NCBI GenBank assembly: GCA_963738685.1
Contig: CAVTXK010000002.1
Span: 1,110,653-1,174,652, forward strand
Length of the DNA stretch: 64,000 nt
Reading direction: 5' to 3'
DNA from: an uncultured Chloroflexia bacterium
GTDB lineage: Bacteria; Chloroflexota; Limnocylindria; Limnocylindrales; CSP1-4
Both the position numbers and the translations under genes were made by a program. Each line of letters starts with the position of its first letter. Within the stretch, counting starts at the first letter, position 1. Shown one piece after another: positions 20,290-29,759 of the stretch. Below the pieces are notes generated by a model. It did not search any database. It saw only the letters and a program-made list of their open reading frames with translations, and was not told the origin of the DNA.

Positions 20290-21651
20290 TTACGGGATCG
20301 GTTTCAGATCGACGAGCGTGCTGCGCATCGATGGGTCGCCGCTCGGTCGGTTCGCGTTGAACACGCTCCGGAAGATCTCGCCGGACACTTTCTTCGAGCC
20401 CAGCGACCCGATGAGCGTCACGCTGATCAGTCGGCCCGACACGCCACGGTCACGCAGGTCCAGCTTGGTCAGGGCGCCCACGTTCGTCCGCGCATCCCGC
20501 CCGAACCACGTCGACAGCTGGCTCCGCGTGTACGTCGCGGTCTTCCACGTATCGTAGGGCGACGCGTCGTCGTACGCCGTCCCGTCGCCACGGCGGTCCA
20601 TCGACCCGCGCAGGTAGCTCACGGGTCCCGCGACCTTCGCCCCGGTCGGCGAGACGTAGACGTTCTCGTTGTGCTCCGTGGCCCCGCCACCGGTCGAATG
20701 GAACATGGCGTTCGCGATCGCGGACCCGCTCTTGAGCACGACGCCGCCGGTCGCATCGACCGCCGCGGTGGTCGTCGCCTTCTCGCCGAGGATGCCGAGG
20801 TAGACCTGCGAGCTCGTGTCGTCGGTGACGTCGAAATAGGACTCCCCGGGCCGCAGCCGGCGGGCGGCGTACGAGCGCGCGGCGATCGACTGCGCCTGGA
20901 GCGCCTCGGTCGGCCAGGTCGATGGCATCTCGGCCGGGACGACGCCGCGCAGGTAGCGCTCCAGCGCGAGCTCGTTGGTGACGCTCGCGGTCGGCGCCGT
21001 GGTGAGCAGCCCGACCCGGATGGCACCGCGGTACGTGTCGTACTTGGTGGCCTTCGAATCGACCTCGAAGACCGTGCTGTTCGTCGCACCACGCAGACGG
21101 AACGTGGTGATGGCGGCATTGCGCAGGACCGTGCCGTCCGCCGCGACGACGCGGACCTTCCATGTCACGGTGCCGCCGGAGACTGTCGGGCGCACCTCCA
21201 GGCGGGCGTCCTTCGGATAGACCGTGGCGATCCCGTCGATGCGCCAACTGTCACGCCGTCCGTGGATGACGAGCGGCTTCGTGGCGGAGGCCTTGAACGC
21301 GGCGAGCAGCCGGACACGGATGGGCGCGTCGAGCGCGATAGAGCCCAGCGTCGCGCCCCGGTAGTAGTGGGCCAGGATCGCCTCGGCGGTGTGACCGGCG
21401 CGCGCCCGGCCAAGCGCGCCGTACTGGCTCATCCCGACGCCGTGGCCGTAGCCCCGACCGTGGAAGGTGACGCTCGAACCGAGCGGGGTGGGCGCGGTCG
21501 GTGCGGGCGTCGGCGACGGACCGGTGGTCGGTTGGATCGTGCCGATGGGCGGGGCGCTGCCGCGCGGATCGGCCGCGTTGGTCGATCCGGGGATCGCCGC
21601 GGCGAGCCCACCGATCATCGCCAGCAAGGCGATGACGGCGACGCTCGTCAT
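20290..21651 (-). CDS. Secreted SpoIID/LytB domain protein
   Basis: Signal peptide; GRGYGHGVGMSQYGA, YLRGVVPAEM, ALQAQSIAARSYA, SQVYLG. Confidence 0.92.
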   Translation of the reverse strand: MTSVAVIALLAMIGGLAAAIPGSTNAADPRGSAPPIGTIQPTTGPSPTPAPTAPTPLGSSVTFHGRGYGHGVGMSQYGALGRARAGHTAEAILAHYYRGATLGSIALDAPIRVRLLAAFKASATKPLVIHGRRDSWRIDGIATVYPKDARLEVRPTVSGGTVTWKVRVVAADGTVLRNAAITTFRLRGATNSTVFEVDSKATKYDTYRGAIRVGLLTTAPTASVTNELALERYLRGVVPAEMPSTWPTEALQAQSIAARSYAARRLRPGESYFDVTDDTSSQVYLGILGEKATTTAAVDATGGVVLKSGSAIANAMFHSTGGGATEHNENVYVSPTGAKVAGPVSYLRGSMDRRGDGTAYDDASPYDTWKTATYTRSQLSTWFGRDARTNVGALTKLDLRDRGVSGRLISVTLIGSLGSKKVSGEIFRSVFNANRPSGDPSMRSTLVDLKPIP

Positions 21652-21699
21652 GGGTCGAAGCGGCGTACGGGCGTGGCCCGGCCGCACTACGCTGTCGAT

Positions 21700-22224
21700 A
21701 TGGATCTCCGCTGTTACCTGGGGCACGGGGCGTCGGGGACGGCGGCCAGCATGACACCGTTCGTCCGGGGACTCCAGTCCCGTGGCATCGCCGCGACCGC
21801 GATCGACCTGCCGAAACGGCGTGCCGAGGATGCCGTCGCCGCGTTCCACGAGGTGGTGCCGTCGGCCGCCGATGTCGTGATCGGTGGCCACTCGTACGGC
21901 GGCCGGGTGGCCAGCCTTGCTGCCGCCGAACCCGATGCGCCGTATGCCGCCCTCGTGTTGTTCAGCTATCCGCTCCACCCACCGGGCGCTCCCGAGAAGA
22001 CCGAGGCTCGAACGGCGCACTGGCCGTCGATCCGGTGTCCCGTGCTGCTGCTGTCTGGCGAGTCCGACCCGTTCGCCAAGATCGACCTGTTGCGCGCGAC
22101 CGTGCCGCGGCTCGGGGGCCCGGCGGAACTCGTCACCTACCCCAGACTCGGCCACGGCCTGAAGCCCGTGCTGGACGACGCCCTGGATCGCGTCGCGGCG
22201 TTCCTGCGGGCTGTCGCAGACTGA
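21700..22224 (+). CDS. Small alpha/beta hydrolase
   Basis: GHSYGG, SYPLHPPG, GESDPF, GHGL (Ser-Asp-His). Confidence 0.9.
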   Translation: MDLRCYLGHGASGTAASMTPFVRGLQSRGIAATAIDLPKRRAEDAVAAFHEVVPSAADVVIGGHSYGGRVASLAAAEPDAPYAALVLFSYPLHPPGAPEKTEARTAHWPSIRCPVLLLSGESDPFAKIDLLRATVPRLGGPAELVTYPRLGHGLKPVLDDALDRVAAFLRAVAD

Positions 22225-22256
22225 CGACGCCGCGTCGCAGACGGGCGCAAAGGGTC

Positions 22257-22285
22257 TTGCGGTCGTCGGCGCATCCCCCTATCCT
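22257..22285 (+). promoter_or_regulatory. Sigma70-type promoter of the transglycosylase gene
   Basis: TTGCGG-N17-TATCCT. Confidence 0.6.
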
Positions 22286-22448
22286 GACCCGGCCCGGGGG
22301 GTCGCGGCGGCAGGTTGGTCGCGCGGCTGCCCCCAAAACCCTGTCGCTGCCGGAGTGCCCAGTCCGCGTCCCCCACGTGGTCCTCTTCGGTCCGACCGAG
22401 CCGACGATCGATGCGCTCACCGCATCGATCCGGTAGGAAGGAGCCACA

Positions 22449-23294
22449 TTGCGAGTCCTGTCGGGCCGCCGTAGCGCGGTCTTCGTCGCCCTCCTCGCGG
22501 CGATCCTCACCCTCTCGACAGCGGGTTCCGCAGTCGTCGCCGCCAAGGCACCAGCGGGCCTGTCGCGGTTCATGTATGCCATCGGCAAGGTCGAATCCGG
22601 CGGCAACTACAACGCCCGGAACTCGACATCGGGCGCCTACGGCAAATACCAGATCATGCCGTCGAACTGGCCCTCGTGGGCCCGCCAGTACCTGGGCAAC
22701 GCGAACGCCAGGCAGACGCCGGCGAACCAGGAGAAGGTCGCCGCCGGCAAGATGACCTCGCTGCACAACTGGCTCGGCAGCTGGCGACGCGTCGCCTACT
22801 GGTGGCTGACCGGCTCCTCCCGGACGAGCGGTTGGTCCGCCAATGCGACCCGGTACGTCAACAAGGTCATGAAGATCTACAAGCAGGGCGGCGGAACGGA
22901 CGCGGCCAGCCCCAAGGCGCGCAAAGGCCGCGTCAGCAACGAGAGCTCGAACGCGATCGCCTACAAGGGCACGTGGCGCCGCGCGCAGCACGGCGGCTAC
23001 GGCGGCGGCACCGTCGCCTACGCCAAGTCCAAGGGCGCGAGCGCGACGTTCACCTTCACCGGCACCTCGGTCCGCTGGAGTGGTCCGCTCGGACCGACCC
23101 GCGGCAAGGCCAAGGTCTACGTCGACGGCTCCTACGTGAAGACCGTCAACCTGTACCGCCGCTCCTTCGATGCGCGAGCGACTTTGTTCCGAGCCGGCTG
23201 GCGTGACGGTGGGAAGCACACCCTCAAGATCGTCGTCGTCGGGACCCCGGGTCGCGCGATGGTCGCGATCGACGACTTCGTCGTGACGCCCTAG
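22449..23294 (+). CDS. Secreted lysozyme-like (Rpf/SLT-type) transglycosylase with C-terminal beta-rich domain
   Basis: Signal peptide; KVESGGNY (catalytic Glu), GAYGKYQI, QTPANQE; TTG start after AAGGAG. Confidence 0.85.
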   Translation: MRVLSGRRSAVFVALLAAILTLSTAGSAVVAAKAPAGLSRFMYAIGKVESGGNYNARNSTSGAYGKYQIMPSNWPSWARQYLGNANARQTPANQEKVAAGKMTSLHNWLGSWRRVAYWWLTGSSRTSGWSANATRYVNKVMKIYKQGGGTDAASPKARKGRVSNESSNAIAYKGTWRRAQHGGYGGGTVAYAKSKGASATFTFTGTSVRWSGPLGPTRGKAKVYVDGSYVKTVNLYRRSFDARATLFRAGWRDGGKHTLKIVVVGTPGRAMVAIDDFVVTP

Positions 23295-23318
23295 CCAGAC
23301 CTTGCTTGGCGGCTCGCG

Positions 23319-23699
23319 TCAGCGGGCCGCCAGCACCTCGATCTCGACGCGGTAGTCCGCGGCGAGGGCGGTCACTCCGACCGTCGCGCGGGTCGGCGGC
23401 TCGGTCGGGAAGTACTCGCGGTAGACCGCGTTCATCGCCGCAAAGTCGGTGAAGTCGCGCAGGTAGACCGTGCACTTCACGACGTCGTCGAAGCCGAGAC
23501 CGGCCGCGGCGAGCAGTCGACCGACGTTGTCGAGCATCGCCCTCGTCTCGGGCTCGATGCCGCCGGGGACCGCGCCGTGCCCGCCGGGCGCGTCACCGAC
23601 CTGGCCGGCGAGGAAGACGAATCCGTTGGCCTCGACGACCTGGCTGAACGGATAGGGACCCGGCGTGACGCCGGGGAGGTTCGGGACGGTCTTGGGCAT
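23319..23699 (-). CDS. ridA: RidA family enamine/imine deaminase
   Basis: FVFLAGQ, MNAVYREYF, PPTRATV, VEIE. Confidence 0.92.
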   Translation of the reverse strand: MPKTVPNLPGVTPGPYPFSQVVEANGFVFLAGQVGDAPGGHGAVPGGIEPETRAMLDNVGRLLAAAGLGFDDVVKCTVYLRDFTDFAAMNAVYREYFPTEPPTRATVGVTALAADYRVEIEVLAAR

Positions 23700-23726
23700 T
23701 GGGTCACCTCCTTCGTCCGGAGTGTG

Positions 23727-24836
23727 TCAGAGCCGGCGGTCGGCCGCCGCGATGGCCTGCCCACACCACCAGGCCAGGTCGTCGCGACCCGTCACGCCGG
23801 ACCCGAGCCGCTCGCCGGCCTCGGCGTCCAGGGCCTTGCGCCAGCCGCGCAACAGGAGGCCCACGATCCAGACCAGGTCGAGCTGCAGGTCCCAGTCGCC
23901 GGCGAGCCCGGCGAAGTCATTCGCGTCGCTCCCGGCGCTCCACCGACCGCTGTCCCATTCGAGCTCGCGCCGGTAGGCGTCCAGCACGGCCTCGGGGGTG
24001 GCGGGCAGCGATCCGCTGTTCGCGACGAGGAACCAGCCGAGCTCGACCGCGACCGGCGCGCGCATCGTCATCTGCCAATCGATGAACCCCACCTGCCCCT
24101 CAGGCAGCAGCGCCACGTTCGCCAGCTTCAGGTCGCCGTGCAGGCCGGCCGCCGGCAGAGCCGCGAGCGCCGCGACGAGCGGCGCCGGGTTGACCGCCAG
24201 CCGATCGATGAGGTCCCGCGCGCCCGCCGGGGCGATCCGATCGAAGGCGTCCCAGCCCGCCAGGAACCGCTCGCCCACCGGGTTGCCCTCGGCCGCGTAG
24301 GCCTCCGCGGATGGACGAGTCAGAAGGGTCAATCGCTCGGGGACCGGGCACCAAGGTGGAGCCGGCTCGCTGGTCGGCTCGGCGGTCGTTTCGACGACGC
24401 GGCTCCACGGGAGGGCATGGAGGCGCGCGACCGCCTCGATGACGCGAGCCAGCGTCGGGTGGTCGATGACCGGGTCGTGTCCGGGCCGTTCCCAGGCGAT
24501 CAGCTCGTCCGATAGATCCGGCATGAGGATGGCGACACCGTCCCCGTCCGCGGCCGCGCCGAGGTACTGGATCGAGGCCCGCGGGACCCATGCGAGCGTG
24601 CCCGGCGGACGGGCTGCGAGCCAGCCCTCACGCAATTCGTCGTCGCGCGTGGCCCGCGCGATCCAGTCCTGGGCGAGGGATGTGCGCTTGAGGACGTACC
24701 GCCGTCCGACCGGATCGGTCAGGGCGCTGAAGGTCGCGCCGGACCAGCCGTCGTTGGGAAAGTCGTGCTCGGGGCTGAGCTCCAGGCCGTGCTCGGTCAG
24801 GAGGTCCAGGAGGGTTCGTTCGCGCCAGGACGGCAT
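23727..24836 (-). CDS. APH/choline-kinase-like phosphotransferase
   Basis: YVLKR, Brenner motif HGDLKLAN, IDWQ. Confidence 0.88.
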   Translation of the reverse strand: MPSWRERTLLDLLTEHGLELSPEHDFPNDGWSGATFSALTDPVGRRYVLKRTSLAQDWIARATRDDELREGWLAARPPGTLAWVPRASIQYLGAAADGDGVAILMPDLSDELIAWERPGHDPVIDHPTLARVIEAVARLHALPWSRVVETTAEPTSEPAPPWCPVPERLTLLTRPSAEAYAAEGNPVGERFLAGWDAFDRIAPAGARDLIDRLAVNPAPLVAALAALPAAGLHGDLKLANVALLPEGQVGFIDWQMTMRAPVAVELGWFLVANSGSLPATPEAVLDAYRRELEWDSGRWSAGSDANDFAGLAGDWDLQLDLVWIVGLLLRGWRKALDAEAGERLGSGVTGRDDLAWWCGQAIAAADRRL

Positions 24837-24844
24837 CGCCCGGG

Positions 24845-25261
24845 TCAGCAGGGGGCCGGGACGTCGTCGGCGCCATCGGGTCCGCCGTCGACATACACGA
24901 CGTGCGAATCCGGGCAGTTCCGGGTCAGGACGACGACCAGCGGCTCGGTCGGGCTCGCGTTCTCCTCGACATGGATCTCGCCGGACGGGATGTAGATGAA
25001 GTCGCCGGCCGCGGCCGTCATCTCGTGCTCGAGCCCGGTCGGGCCCCAGGTGTAGCGGGCGGCCCCGGACACGATGTAGATGGAGGTCTCACACGTGCCG
25101 TGATGATGGATGCGCGTCTTGTCGCCGGGGGCCGTGGAGACGATCGCGGAGTACAGCCGGTCGCTGCCCACCTTCGACCTGGAGATCGCGACTGAACGCT
25201 CCATCCCGGCGTGCTGGCCAACGGTCGTGTCGCGCTCGGCGGGCGTGATCCGGGTGGCCAT
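24845..25261 (-). CDS. Cupin domain protein
   Basis: HHHGTCETSIY and GDFIYIPSGEIHVEEN. Confidence 0.9.
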   Translation of the reverse strand: MATRITPAERDTTVGQHAGMERSVAISRSKVGSDRLYSAIVSTAPGDKTRIHHHGTCETSIYIVSGAARYTWGPTGLEHEMTAAAGDFIYIPSGEIHVEENASPTEPLVVVLTRNCPDSHVVYVDGGPDGADDVPAPC

Positions 25262-25291
25262 CGGGCGATGATAGGCGGCTACCATCGGCCG

Positions 25292-26324
25292 ATGTCCGAC
25301 GTCTCGACCGATCGGCCCCGGTTCCGGCTGTTCGCGGAGCCGTCGCCGCTCGCCGCCCTGCCCCGGTTCTCAGCGGCGCTCGGTGGTCGAGCCGAGGTCT
25401 GGATCAAGCGCGAGGACCTGCTGCCGTTGGCGTTCGGGGGCAACAAGCTGCGCAACCTGGAGTTCCTCGTGGGGGCCGCGCTCGCCGAGGAGGCCGACAC
25501 GCTCATCACCAGCGGCCGGCGCTGGTCGAATCACTGCCGGCTTACGGCCGCTGCCGGCGCGCGGGCGGGGCTCGCTGTGGAGGTCGTGCTGTCGGGGCCG
25601 GCTCTGTCGCCGCCCGGGCCGGGGGTCCTGCTCATGGGGGCGCTTGGCGCCGTGGTCCACCAGCTGCCATCCGCCGATCGTGCCGATCGGGAGGCCGCGG
25701 TGGAGGCCGTTGCGGCCTCGGTGCGGGAGCGTGGCGGGCGACCGTACGTGATCGCGGTCGGGGGGTCTGGGGTCGTCGGGGCGTGGGGGCAGGTGCTGGC
25801 CGCCGGCGAGGCGTTCGGGCAGGCCGCCGCCACTGGGGTGATCCTGGACCGGGTCGTGGTGGCATCGGCCACGGGCGGGACACAGGCCGGGCTGATCGTC
25901 GGGGCCGCGAGCCACTCCCCGGCGACGCGGGTCACGGGCGTGGTCGTCGCCCGCCCGGCGACACGAGATTCGCCCGGCGATCGACTCGATGGTGCGTGGG
26001 TTGGACCCGGGTGCCGCCCCGGGCGAGGACATCGCGACCGACTCCATGGTGCCCGGCTCCGACCTGAGCGCAGCCCGAGGCGACGAGGCCGCGATCGATC
26101 TGGACGAACGCCAGCTGGGCGCCGGGTACGGCCGCCCGACGGCCGAGGCCGCTGAGGCCGCTGCGCTCCTTGCCCGGACCGAGGGCATCCTGACCGATCC
26201 GATCTACACGTCCAAGGCCCTGGCCGGGCTGGTCGCCGGGGTCCGGGGCGGCGCGTGGGACGGCGAGCGCGTGCTGTTCTGGCACGCGGGCGGGTTACCC
26301 GGGCTGTTCGAACCCCTCGACTGA
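25292..26324 (+). CDS. D-cysteine desulfhydrase-like PLP enzyme (apparent frameshift ~25962)
   Basis: KREDL..AFGGNKLRNL, SNHCR, TGGTQAG, EGILTDPIYTSKA, WHAGG. Confidence 0.87.
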
Positions 26325-26365
26325 GGGTCCTGCGCGCGCCGGTGGAGCCGCGCCGCCGGCCCGCC

Positions 26366-26490
26366 CCGGTCGGAGCCGCGCCGCCGGTCGGAGCCGCGCC
26401 GCCGGTCGGAGCCGCGCCGCCGGTCGGAGCCGCGCCGCCGGTCGGAGCCGCGCCGCCGGTCGGAGCCGCGCCGCCGGTCGGAGCCGCGCC
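26366..26490. repeat. 18-bp tandem repeat x7 (CCGGTCGGAGCCGCGCCG), intergenic
   Basis: Exact units at 26366, 26384, 26402, 26420, 26438, 26456 and 26474 (17/18), plus a degenerate copy ~26339. Confidence 0.95.
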
Positions 26491-26536
26491 TTGGCCCGCC
26501 CGGTCGGACGCCGCCGGGTCTCGCCCAGAACCGTTT

Positions 26537-26666
26537 GGAACATCACATGTGACGATCTCGGTCCGACGAGCGCGGCGCTACACCTCTGAGGGTCGGATGG
26601 CACATCACATGTGCCGATCGGCCGGGGAAGCGTCGCCCGAGCGGAGTTCGTAACACGTGACGTTCC
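26537..26666. repeat. 130-bp element with 23-bp imperfect terminal inverted repeats (REP/MITE-like)
   Basis: GGAACATCACATGTGACGATCTC (26537-26559) matches the reverse complement of 26644-26666 at 19/23; internal partial copy at 26602-26619. Confidence 0.7.
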
Positions 26667-26710
26667 ACCGCCGGTCCGGGCAGACCGCCGGTCCGGGCAG
26701 ACCGCCGGTC
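26667..26710. repeat. 17-bp tandem repeat x2.6 (ACCGCCGGTCCGGGCAG)
   Basis: Directly visible, abutting the inverted-repeat element. Confidence 0.9.
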
Positions 26711-26773
26711 GAGGCTGGGGCGGCTGCGGGCACGGGCCGCCGGGCCCGGGCGCAGCCGTCAGCCGGGGCCTCG

Positions 26774-27973
26774 CTACTCCCCGGCCGACCGCCACGCATC
26801 CCGGATCTTCATCCGGCCCGCGGTCTGCAACACGGCCCCGGCATACACCCGAGCGCCGATCGAGAACAGCACCCAGATCCCGGCGATCGTGATCGCGATC
26901 GAGATGAGGATCTCGACCGGTCCGATCGCATCGAAGGCCGCCCGCAGCGGCACCACGAACGGGGCCGACGGCGGCAGGTACGTCGCGACCTGGGCCACGA
27001 TCCCGGAGGGATCATTGACGACCGCGAAGACCGCCACGAAGTAGCTCGCCATCGCCACCATCGTCACCGGCGTCGACGCGTTCGACGCCTCCTCCATCCG
27101 CGATGCGAGCGCGCCAAGGAATCCGAGCGCCGTGGCATAGAGCGCGTAGCCCAGCACGAACCACACGGCCAGGAGCAGGATCGCGCTCGGGCGTCGTGTC
27201 GGGCAGCACGAACCGGTCGGTCAGCGCGGCCGCCGCCAAGGCCGCTACGACGAACACGGCGAGCTGCCCGAGCCCCAGGACCCCGATACCGAGCACCTTG
27301 CCCATCAGCAGGTCCCGGGCACGGACGGTGGACAGGACCACCTCCACGACCCGGCTCTGCTTCTCTTCCACGACCCCGGTCAGCACCGTGAACCCGAAGC
27401 TGAAGATGCCCACGAGCACGAGCACGGCACCGATGTTCGCGAACAGGAAGCGCGCACCATCCGCATCGGTCTGCGGATCGAGGGCGTCGACCGCGGGCGC
27501 CTGCTGGGCCGCGAGCAGCTCCGACTCGGAGACGCCTGCGTCCGTCAACACGGCCTGCGTTCGCAGCGCCACGACGGCCGCCGTGACGAGCTGGGTCACG
27601 AACTGGTCGGGTTCCGTATCGAAGCGGATGGTCCCGGGGTCGGACAGGTCAGCTGGCACGACGACGACCGCGACCACCGATTCGTCGGCAAGCGCCGCGT
27701 CTGCGGCGGCGATGTCCGGCAGTCGCACGACCTCGACGTCCTGGCTCGAGCTGCGAGGCGGTCGTCGTCATGCGCGAGCGCGAGGCCCGGCGGCTCCGGC
27801 TCGACGACCCCGATCCTGGTGGCCTGCTCCTCACCGAACAGGACTGCCGGCACGACGAACGACCCGACGACGATCAGCGTCGTGAACAGGATCGACAGGA
27901 CGAACCCGCGACTGCGCCCGCGCTCGAGGATCTCGCGACGGGCGACCAGCCAGATGCTCCGCCAGCGACTCAT
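26774..27973 (-). CDS. ABC-2 type permease, NatB/YhaP-like (apparent frameshifts ~27190 and ~27750-27780)
   Basis: MSRWRSIWLVARREILER, GVVEEKQSRVVEVVLS, LMGKVLG, ASRMEEAS. Confidence 0.87.
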
Positions 27974-28891
27974 GCGACCTCCTCGACGACCGGCGAGGGG
28001 GCCGGCGTGACCGCTTCCATGAACAGCTCGGATAGCTTCGGTGGCTCGTAGGCGAACGTCCGGACCTCGCCGGCGGCCTGGGCTCGCGCCAACATGGCGT
28101 CGAGGTCCACGTCGTCGCGGACCAGCAGCTTCACCCGGTCGCCGTTGCGCTGGAGGACGGTGAGGTCGCTCGTGGCCATCGAGCCAGGCCCCGTCGGACC
28201 CGACCACCTCCACCTCGAGATGCCGCCGGCCGGAGCGCGCCTTCAGTTCATCGATGGCGCCCGCGGCGACGATCCGGCCACGGGCGATGATCACGACGTC
28301 CTCGCACACGTCTTCGACCAGATCGAGCTGGTGGCTGCTGAACACGACCCCGACCCCGGCCCTGGCACGTTCGTTGACGACCTCGGTCATCGTCGCGATG
28401 CCGATCGGGTCGAGGCCGGAGAACGGCTCGTCGAGCACGAGCAGCTCCGGGTCGTGGGCCAGCGCTACGGCCAGCTGGACGCGCTGCTGATTGCCGTGCG
28501 AAAGCTCCTCGACCTTCGACTTCGCACGGTCGCCGAGACCCATCCGCTCGAGCCAGCGCGTCGCGGCCGCATTCGCATCGCGCCCGCTCAGGCCGTGCTG
28601 CTGGGCGAAGTAGGCGAGCTGCTCACCGACGCGCATCCGGGGGTACAGGCCGCGTTGCTCGGGCATGTAGCCGAAGCGCAGGCGCGCCCCGCGGTCGACC
28701 GGCTCGCCCTTCCATCGGACCTCGCCGCGATCCGGCCGGGCCAGCCCGAAGATGCAGCGCATCGTCGTGGTCTTGCCCGCGCCGTTTGGCCCGAGGAAGC
28801 CGACGATCCGGCCGGGTCTGGCGGTGAACGTCGCGCCGTCGAGGGCCACGACTCGTCCGTAGCGCTTCGCGAGGTCGTTGACTTCGAGCAT
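27970..28891 (-). CDS. ABC exporter ATPase (apparent frameshift ~28172)
   Basis: GPNGAGKT, LSHGNQQR, LDEPFSGLDP, SSHQL; C-terminus PPKLSELFMEAV. Confidence 0.92.
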
Positions 28892-28899
28892 GGGACTCC

Positions 28900-29193
28900 C
28901 TAGTCGGGCTCGGGCGCGCCATCGGGGCGTGCCAGGAGCGCATCGGCCCCGAGTCGGCCGAATGGTTCGATGGCGAAGACGGCCTCGACCGGAAGGTCGA
29001 AGAACCGTGCGATCCGCAGGGCAAGGTTCAGGCTGGGAGCATACTCGCCGCGCTCGATATACCCGATCGTCTGGTAATGGATGCCGAGCGCATCGGCGAG
29101 CGCGCTCCGGGAGATGCCGCGGTCGGCGCGGAGCAGGGGCAGTCGATTGTGGACGACCTCCCGGTCGGGGATGCGTCCGGCGGCGGCCGCCAC
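28900..29193 (-). CDS. XRE-family HTH regulator
   Basis: NRLPLLRADRGISRSALADALGIHYQTIGYIERGEYAPSL. Confidence 0.92.
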   Translation of the reverse strand: MAAAAGRIPDREVVHNRLPLLRADRGISRSALADALGIHYQTIGYIERGEYAPSLNLALRIARFFDLPVEAVFAIEPFGRLGADALLARPDGAPEPD

Positions 29194-29195
29194 GG

Positions 29196-29696
29196 TCAGC
29201 GCCCCGCCTCGGGATCGTCCGCGGCCGGATCCGGCTCGATCCAGGCCAGGATGGCGGACGGCAGCATCGGCAGGTACAGGCCGAGCGCGATGAAGAAGGG
29301 CGTCAGGCCCTCCATCGTCACGATGACGGGGCCACCGAAACTGGCCATGACGGCAAGCACGCCGGACAGGGCGACGATCACCGTTCCGAGGACGCCGTAT
29401 CCGATGACGTGGGCGCGATCGAGCATCGCTCGTTGTCGCTCGTCCAGCAGAGCCGCCAATTCGGTCCGGGTCCTCGCCCAGCTATACGTGATGGCGACGC
29501 CGATCAATGAGACGGCCATGAGCGCGATGGCGATGGGCGCCCAGACCGTGATCGGGACCCGGTCCGTGAGGACCAGGAGCGTGTACCCGATCACGAGGAG
29601 CGGGTAACCGAGGAACGCCCCAAGGACGGCGAGGCGCCGCGAGCGCTGCGGCAGGATCGCGATCCGGTCGGCGAGAGTGGGTTGTGTGGCCATCAT
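29196..29696 (-). CDS. 4-TM membrane protein (DUF2178-like), first gene of the XRE/ABC operon
   Basis: Four hydrophobic segments; LDERQRAMLDRA motif. Confidence 0.8.
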   Translation of the reverse strand: MMATQPTLADRIAILPQRSRRLAVLGAFLGYPLLVIGYTLLVLTDRVPITVWAPIAIALMAVSLIGVAITYSWARTRTELAALLDERQRAMLDRAHVIGYGVLGTVIVALSGVLAVMASFGGPVIVTMEGLTPFFIALGLYLPMLPSAILAWIEPDPAADDPEAGR

Positions 29697-29712
29697 CGAG
29701 AAGCTCCATTGC

Positions 29713-29759
29713 ATAGCGGTAAGCTACTAGACTGTAGTAGTACTGCTATCTAGTGTCAA
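29713..29759 (-). promoter_or_regulatory. Sigma70 promoter with overlapping palindromic operators (probable XRE autoregulation)
   Basis: Minus strand TTGACA-N17-TACAGT; near-palindrome TAGCAGTACTACTA in the spacer and TAGTAGCTTACCGCTA just downstream. Confidence 0.75.

Noticed and set aside
22290-22448. c-di-AMP or c-di-GMP riboswitch
   Set aside because: I could not find the conserved motifs by eye; kept only as an unclassified leader.
25292-26324. ACC deaminase (acdS)
   Set aside because: Lacks the diagnostic Glu and Leu; has DPIYT and HAGG.
26255-26795. Repeat-protein ORFs (PVGAAP)n or (ARLRPA)n
   Set aside because: They are translations of the 18-bp minisatellite, with no RBS or domain.
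27596-28891. ATPase-permease fusion
   Set aside because: Frameshift near 28172; the ATGA overlap at 27970-27973 marks two genes.
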